DNA from: Azolla caroliniana
Lineage: Eukaryota > Plantae > Polypodiophyta
Length of the DNA: 14,826 nt
NCBI GenBank assembly: GCA_043228905.1
Contig: JBHGNT010000834.1
Coordinates: 1-14,826, forward strand
Reading direction: 5' to 3'
The translations under genes were made by a program, and so were the position numbers. The notes under the pieces are model-generated. The model made no database searches and was not told the origin of the DNA. It worked only from the letters and a program-made list of their open reading frames with translations. Shown in pieces: positions 8,980 to 14,826 of this stretch (position 1 is its first letter; each line of letters begins with the position of its first letter).

Positions 8980-9081
8980 ACGGTTTCGGCCTTGGCCTAT
9001 CGGCCTTGGCCGAATTTGTTCATCGTCACTGATCTTCCCCCCTTCCCATCCGGAGGGACCTGTCTCCCAACAGATCCTACA

Positions 9082-11585
9082 CGTACTTGCAGAATATCGC
9101 AACACCGTTCCTTACACACCCATGCAGAATGGAGTGGCAGAACGTAACAACTGAACGATCCAGGAGAGGGTGACTGGAATCCTCCAGCAAGCCGGACTGA
9201 ATCTAGAGTTTTGGGCCGAGGCATTGTAGACATCAATATACCTCGCAAATCTTTCACCGTTGAAAGCAATCAGGCTCGAAGTGCCAGATGCACTATGGTC
9301 AAGCAAACAATTGACCTACGATTGGCTCCGTGTATCGGGATGCGAAGCATACGCGTTCATCCCCAGGGAGAAAAGGACCAAGTTGGCACCCCATGCAACA
9401 AAATGCATATTTCTCAGTTATGGAACCGATGGGGACTTCGGCTACCGGCTATGGGATCTAGAGAACCGGAAACTGATCCGGAGCAGTGATGTAGTCTTCA
9501 ATAAAGACTCTATCTTCTCTCAACGGAACCAACAAAAAATAGTTGGTAAAAGGGTATCCTTTGAAGACGATAGAGTTGTCGTAGAAAGACAGACCCACCA
9601 GGATGACTTAGAGACTCGATAAACAGTCGAACTCGAACAAGCGAATAATATACCTGCCAACTCCGAATCAGCAACAAGTCCAATAGTCGAACTCGAAGAC
9701 AAAGCCATCAAAGATAGAGCCAATTCAACAAGAGTCGAACAAAGAAAAGTCAACAAGATGCGATTTGGGAACAAGTCCGAGTCAACAAAGCCCATAGGGG
9801 AGAACGCCATGACACCGTTGAAATCCCAACATGGGGGCAGGTCACCTAACAAGACTCATGGCACAAACGGTTTAACAAATAATGGTCAATCAACAGAGCT
9901 GATCGAAGAATTGGAACCACTTATCTTGGCACCCAGGAGATCTGGACGAGCTCGAAGGCCGACAATGTTCTATCAATCGGGCCTCGACTATGTCAACTAC
10001 ACTGATGCAGGTGAACTAGGCACATATGATGAACCTATGGCCGCACTGAACACCGACATATGGCTTCAAGCCATGAGATCCAAAATGGGCTCGATTCACA
10101 AGAATCAGACATGAGAGTTGGTTGAATTACCAGCTGGAAGAAAGCCGCTAACTTGCAAATGGGTTTTCTGATACAAATATGTATCCGACTCAGAGAACCC
10201 AAATACAAAGCTCGGCTTGTTGCGAAAGGGTTCAAACAAGAACATGGGTTCAACTACAACGAGATATTCTCACCAGTTGTAAAGATGACCACCCTCAGAC
10301 TCCTACTAGGAGTTGTGGCGACAGAAGACCTAGAGCTAGAGTAGTTGGATGTAAAGATGGCATTCCTACACGGAGATCTGGAAGAAGACATTTACATGTC
10401 TCAATCGGCAGGCTTCACGATGACGAGGGAGGAAAGTCACCTCGTATGTCGACTAAAGAAAAGCCTCTATGGCTTGAAACACGCGCCGAGGATGTGGTAC
10501 CAGAAGTTCGACTCCTACATCAAGAAGCTTGGATACCGTCGATCCGACTTCGACCCATGCATGTATGTTCGACAACTGGCCAACGAGTCTAGGATTTACC
10601 TGATCCTATATGTCGACAACATGCTAATTGTAGGAAGAAATCAAGTAGAGATTGGAAAGCTGAAGCGGAGCCTTCACGACAAGTTCACGATGAAGGAACT
10701 CGAACAAGCCCATCACATACTGGGCATGAGGATCGAGCAAAATCAGACGACCAAGACTCTCTGACTCTCCCAGTCCGACTATATCCAGAAGGTGCTAAGG
10801 CACTTCAACATGGAAAATGCGAAGCCAAAACCAACACCGCTTCCGATGTCGATCCGACTATCAGACATAAACTCTCCTTCAACGGACAAGTAGAGAGAGC
10901 TTAATGGAAACATGCCCTACGCATCAGCCGTAGGACGTATCATGTACGCAATGGCGGCGACCCGGCCCGACCTAGCCTATGCCGTGTCGGTACATGTCAA
11001 ACCCAGGATGGAAGCATTGGGAGACCGTCAAGCACATCTTCAAGTACCTGAGAGGGACCGAAGGTACACGATTGACTTTCGGTTTGACAATCTCAGCCGA
11101 AGTCGAAGGCTACATTGACTCCGACTATGCTGGAAATACGGACAATCAAAAGTCACCATGTGGCTATATCTTCACCTATGGTGGTGGTGCTATATCATGG
11201 AGTTCGAAACTTCAAGAGTGTACGGCCCTATCAACCACGAAGGCCGAGTACATAGCAGCATCAGAGGCAATGAAGGAAATGATATGGTTGCACCGACTGT
11301 CTGCCGATTTTTAAGCTACAGGCCAAATCGACCGACCAACGTCTACCACCTATTGCGACTCACAGAGCGCAATACACCTCATCAACAATCCTATCTATCA
11401 CGCAAAGACAAAGCATATTCAGGTGCGGTATCATCACATCCGAGAGCTCATAACCGAGAAGAGGCCTTGAAGTCCGGAAGATCGACACCGAGGTGAACAC
11501 CTCCGATTGCCTGATGAAGCCACTCCCAAATCAACACTTCAGAGCACTAAGGACAAAGATGGGATTGCGACAAGCGACAGAGTAG
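9082..11585 (+). pseudogene. pol: pol pseudogene of element C (INT C-terminal half, RT, RNase H)
   Basis: [70 protein letters not shown] (YVDD changed to YVDN, 10609-10620), PYASAVG, DSDYAG, AISWSSKLQ; many stops (e.g. 9152, 10112, 10342, 10762, 11312) and frameshifts. Confidence 0.95.
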
Positions 11586-11793
11586 CAGAAAGCCGAATGA
11601 GGAATAGAAGGTAAGAGTCGACCGAATCAATCATGATAATGAGCCAGGTTAGCCTCAACACAGACCTCACCTTTGCCGACTTGGCTACATGCCAACCTAC
11701 TTATAACATAAATTTAGATTAGTATTGTAATCTAGGTTTACGAGGGACGTAACCCCAAACACATGTACATGTAGGAAAGATTAGTCCTTTTAC

Positions 11794-11800
11794 AGGGGAG
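11794..11800 (+). promoter_or_regulatory. PPT of element C
   Basis: AGGGGAG followed by TT and the LTR start TGTTGG, the arrangement typical of Tnt1-like elements. Confidence 0.85.
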
Positions 11801-11802
11801 TT

Positions 11803-12097
11803 TGTTGGCATAAAAGGCCCCTTCCCTTTTGTATCCTAGTCTGAACTCGTCTAAAGAGTTAGGGCTTAGTATATAAGCGATAACCTAACATTGTAAAGAG
11901 AGACATATCATCTTGTACATCGAGTCTCTCAGAGATAGAGAGAAAACAGAAATAAAGAGAGCTTCCATTATAGCTTCATTTGTGTGTCTATCATCTGTTT
12001 ATATCTTCTTTCCTTCCTTCTGTGTTGTTTGCTGAGCATAACCGATAGGTCCTCACATACGTTTCTGCGCATATCTATCCCTCAGCTACCGCCAACA
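11803..12097 (+). repeat. 3' LTR of element C (295 bp)
   Basis: TGTTGGC...GCCAACA terminal inverted repeats; TATATAA at 11870-11876; AATAAA at ~11951. Confidence 0.92.
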
Positions 12098-12931
12098 ACA
12101 CACGAACGGTCATCATCTTTGCGACCAATGCGAACGTCTCATTGTAATTGATGTTGTGTGTCTACGCATAGGCCTTGGGCACCAATTTGGCCTTGTACCT
12201 GTTGATTGAGCCGTCGGTGTTGTATTTACCTTATACACCCACCTGCATCCGATCGGCTTCACTCCTTTGGGGGGTTCAATGTGGTCCCATGTCTCATTGT
12301 CGGCTAGAGCATGCATCTCTTCCTCCATAGCCGCTCTCCAATTGGCGTCCTGTGCCGCCTTCATGTAGCCCTCCGGCTCATGTATCTCCACCACTTTGGT
12401 CATGAACGCATAATGATGCGTCTTGTACTCATTGTACTCGTACCTAATGACAAGCTTCTTCTAGAGAGATGATTAGCGCAACCTTTTGTTGGCCGTCTTC
12501 AAGGTCCTTTTGGTCGATTCCGACCTCAACTTCGAAGGTCCATCTTCGCTCATGGCCCCATCGGATTCGCTTTGATCCGATGTGTCCGCATTGGTGCCGT
12601 ATCCCGACATCTTTTCCTTGTGGGTAGGCCGTCTCCTTCACTTCATTCGTGCGGATTGCATGACCGAGTCTCCACTACTCGCCAACTCCTACTCCAACCG
12701 GTCGTTTTGACTCAATCCCTTATTTACCCCGCTTAGCCGAAATGATATTGGACTCTCCTCTAGAGTGCCGATGTCTTCCTCAACTAGAGGATTGGCCTCA
12801 CGGGCCTCATCTTCAAAACTCGGCATGGAGTTCATAGGGATCAGATTGGACGGAGGTTGGTACCATGAGGCCGTTTTGTCGAACACAACATCATGGCTTA
12901 CTCAAACATGTTTCATCTTAGGGTTATAACA
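12098..12931 (-). pseudogene. pol: Element E: old remnant of an A-family Copia pol (INT C-terminus, linker, RT N-terminus)
   Basis: Minus strand reads CYNP..VSHDVVFDKTASWY, ESPISFRLSG, HHYAFMTKV.E..EPE.Y..AA.DANW.AAM.EEM.AL..NETWD and KPIGCRWVYKV, collinear with A ~2080-2930; cut by LTR ends on both sides. Confidence 0.92.
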
Positions 12932-13373
12932 TGTGAATGTAAACGTGCGGAAGCATTAGATAGAACTAGCTCAACCTGATAGCAACAGAGAATAAGATGA
13001 AGGTTTAATGGAGAAGCTTAGTATACAAAGAGTATATGTGGGAGAGACAGAGAGAGCAAAACGTAAGCGTATATTCAAAAAAATGAAAATACTCTGTAAC
13101 TCTGTACATACAACGTGCTAAACAACACTATTTATACAAGTCCGTAAAGGACTAACAAAAGTACTGACAGGTACTTTAATATTCCTACGTGCGATTGACA
13201 CTAACTAAGAGACAATGATTACCTAGTAGTCTAGGCCACTACTAGGCTTCTAGTTCCTGCTCGAATCCGACTATCTGATCCGTCTCCCCGATCCGGCCGG
13301 TTGTTTCCGGATACCGATCCGGCTCATCCTTCCGGATGCCAATCCAGATCCGGTTGAGCTTGGTCTCTCAACA
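12932..13373 (-). repeat. 3' LTR of element D (442 bp)
   Basis: Minus strand starts TGTTGAG after the PPT, TATAAATA at 13136-13129, ends ...TTCACA directly abutting the E integrase codons for CYNP. Confidence 0.88.
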
Positions 13374-13385
13374 CTCCCCCTCAAG
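13374..13385 (-). promoter_or_regulatory. PPT of element D
   Basis: CTTGAGGGGGAG on the minus strand, adjacent to the LTR start. Confidence 0.92.
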
Positions 13386-13763
13386 CTCAACTTGAGGTCG
13401 GATCATGGTGTTAGTGTTGGCGGCAGCCGATTCTTCTACGCGGCTCCTTTTGGCGTTGCTCCGCCTTGCTTGCGCTCCTCGTCCGGTCCGGTCCTGTTTG
13501 CCGCGACCCTTCTGGTTCTGTACACCTCGACCTCCTTGATCGTCTTGTTTGCTCAACAAGCCCATTTCAGCTTCCTCACTACTGTGACTCCAGCGCTTGT
13601 CGACCCATCGGTTCCTTCATGTTGGCGTCGACTTCTGCTACGTCTGTGTCCGTTTGGCCTTTAGTTGATCCGCCTTTTCTGAATCTTGAATTGAATCGGT
13701 TTCCTTCGATTTGTTCCAGCTCTTGTCCAAATCGGTTGCTCCGGATTCGTTCCAGCTCTTGTC

Positions 13764-13915
13764 TGAGTCGATGTTCTCCAACTCGTCTTCCAATTTCAGG
13801 CCCTTCATCATATCAGACCATGTCCGGGTCTTGGCCTTCCGAGTCAATGTTCTCCAACTCGTCTTCTAGTTTCAGGCCCTTCATCATATCAGACCATGTC
13901 CAGGTCTTGGCCTTC
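13764..13915 (-). repeat. 76-bp tandem duplication in the D tail; adjacent 36-bp-period repeat at ~13690-13765
   Basis: KAKT(W/R)TWSDMMKGLKLEDELENIDS is encoded twice in different frames; GTTCCAGCTCTTGTC at 13713 and 13749. Confidence 0.93.
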
Positions 13916-14826
13916 TCCTTCCAGTCGGCTCTATCATTCTTGAATCTGCCGCCGCTGTCGCTCGTTCCGACTTGTTCGGATGTGCTGACTTCCTTCGTTG
14001 ACTCGGCTTCCTTTTTCCCTTTGTCTCCCCCTTTGTTGGTTCTTTCTTCCTCTTTGGCTCCTTGTCCAGTGCCATCCGTTCCCTTTCCTTTTCTCCCCCT
14101 CAAGTGCGGCACATCGAGATGCTGAATACCGAGCATCTCCGAAAAATGTTGCAACTTGTCCGATCCAAGCGGGTTGGTGAAGATGTCGGCAACTTGCCGA
14201 TCCGTGTGAACATACCGAAGTTCAACTTCACCGCTCAGGACCCGCTCGTGAACAATGTGATAATGCACTTCTATGTGCTTTGTTTGAGCATGGAATATAG
14301 GGTTCCTGGCGAGCTGAATGCTGCTCATGTTGTCAAAGTAGATCAGGATCGGGGTTGGTACATCGATTCGGAGGTCACACAGTAGTCGTCGAAGCCAGAT
14401 GGCTTCATTGGTGGCATTGGTAGCGCCCTGGTACTCAGCCTCAGTGCTCGATAGAGCCACTATTGGCTGCTTTTTGCTGCTCCACGCAACAACCGCGCTA
14501 CCTAGAGAAAACATGTAACCGGAGGTGGATCGGTGATCCGATGCATCACTAGCCCAGTCGGCATCGATATATCTGACTAGCTTCCCAGCTATACCATGTC
14601 GGTATAACAGTCCCCAATCCTTTGTGAGACTAACATACCAGAGTATCTAGTGGGCGCACTGAAGGTGCTCAACAGTTGGCTTCTGCATGAACTAGCTGAT
14701 CACTTCGACCGGGTAATTGAGGTCGGGTCAAGTGATTGTCAGGTATATGAGGCTTCCGACAATTTGTCGGAACTGTTTCTCATCGCAGGCCGGTCCGGAT
14801 TTGGGACAGAGCTTTTGGTTCCGGTC

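Larger units (their letters stand above)
8241..9072 (-). mobile_element. Solo LTR S (832 bp), Copia Tork/Tnt1-like
   Basis: Perfect 5-bp TSD GATCC (8236-8240 and 9073-9077); minus-strand termini TGTTGGGA...TCCCGTCA; TATAAAT at 8640-8634; CCCGTGGTTTTT..GGTTTTCCACGTAAA motif in U5; no flanking PBS or PPT. Confidence 0.93.
5333..9081 (+). mobile_element. Element B: 3' portion of an unclassified (possibly Gypsy-like) LTR element, interrupted by A on the left and by solo LTR S
   Basis: Purine-skewed degraded ORF, candidate PPT, AT-rich LTR-like region with a TATA box, ending ...GATCCTACA abruptly against element C integrase. No pol domain is visible, so the superfamily is unresolved. Confidence 0.6.
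7241..9081 (+). repeat. Putative 3' LTR of element B (~1.0 kb after removing S); left boundary uncertain
   Basis: GAGGAGGAAGG (7226-7236), then TGTGG at 7241; TATAAAA at 7876-7882; T-rich U5-like tract; reconstructed end CCTAAGATCCTACA at 9081. Confidence 0.55.
9082..12097 (+). mobile_element. Element C: 3' part of a degraded Ty1/Copia element (Tnt1/Tork-like)
   Basis: INT-RT-RNase H remnants, ~200-bp 3' UTR, PPT and LTR with perfect 7-bp terminal inverted repeats. Confidence 0.93.
12932..14826 (-). mobile_element. Element D: 3' part of an A-family Ty1/Copia element
   Basis: RT end, RNase H, tail, PPT and LTR collinear with A ~3454-5332. Confidence 0.95.
13368..14826 (-). pseudogene. pol: pol pseudogene of element D (RT C-terminus, RNase H, C-terminal extension)
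   Basis: FRQIVGSLIYL, DADW, RSTSGYMFSLGS, SSTEAEY, TKHIEVHYH, ADIFTNPL, ending PQVELEGEC* as in A; several stops and frameshifts. Confidence 0.94.

Noticed and set aside
8241-9072. S as the 5' LTR of element C
   Set aside because: Opposite orientation, no similarity to 11803-12097, no PBS, and it has its own TSD.
11761-11772. 12-bp palindrome ACATGTACATGT upstream of C's PPT
   Set aside because: Single occurrence, explicable as a 6-bp duplication, with no second copy to test conservation.
12968-12977. GGTTGAGCT near the 3' end of LTR D, complementary to its 5' AGCTCAACC
   Set aside because: Only 9 bp and absent from LTR A; chance cannot be excluded.
4916-13373. LTR A and LTR D as the two ends of one element or a DNA-transposon TIR pair
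   Set aside because: They are inverted, clearly diverged, and each is preceded by its own PPT and pol, so both are 3' LTRs of separate insertions.

Overview
Plant-type intergenic or heterochromatic DNA made entirely of nested, decayed LTR retrotransposons. I see no host gene, RNA gene, CRISPR array or primer-binding site. Left to right: (A) a + strand Ty1/Copia element, 1-5332, with gag zinc knuckle, PR, INT (in-frame deletion plus a 511/512-bp tandem duplication), RT, RNase H, an in-frame ~245-aa C-terminal tail, PPT and a 3' LTR at 4916-5332. (B) The 3' part of an unclassified + strand element, 5333-9081, with a degraded ~600-codon GA-rich ORF and an ~1-kb LTR. (S) An 832-bp minus-strand solo LTR, 8241-9072, with a perfect GATCC target-site duplication and a 54-bp tandem array, inserted 4 bp from the end of B's LTR. 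(C) A more degraded + strand Tnt1/Tork-like Copia, 9082-12097, with a 295-bp 3' LTR. (E) An old minus-strand remnant of the A family, 12098-12931. (D) A minus-strand A-family copy, 12932-14826, inserted into E. The most unusual feature is in the A/D family. It has two identical polypurine tracts about 0.7 kb apart bracketing a read-through Pol extension, and the PPT next to the LTR sits in a conserved pair of mutually exclusive hairpins. Its U3 also keeps several short stems with variable loops. The host may be a fern or other seed-free plant; this is a weak impression from protein resemblance and is not verified.
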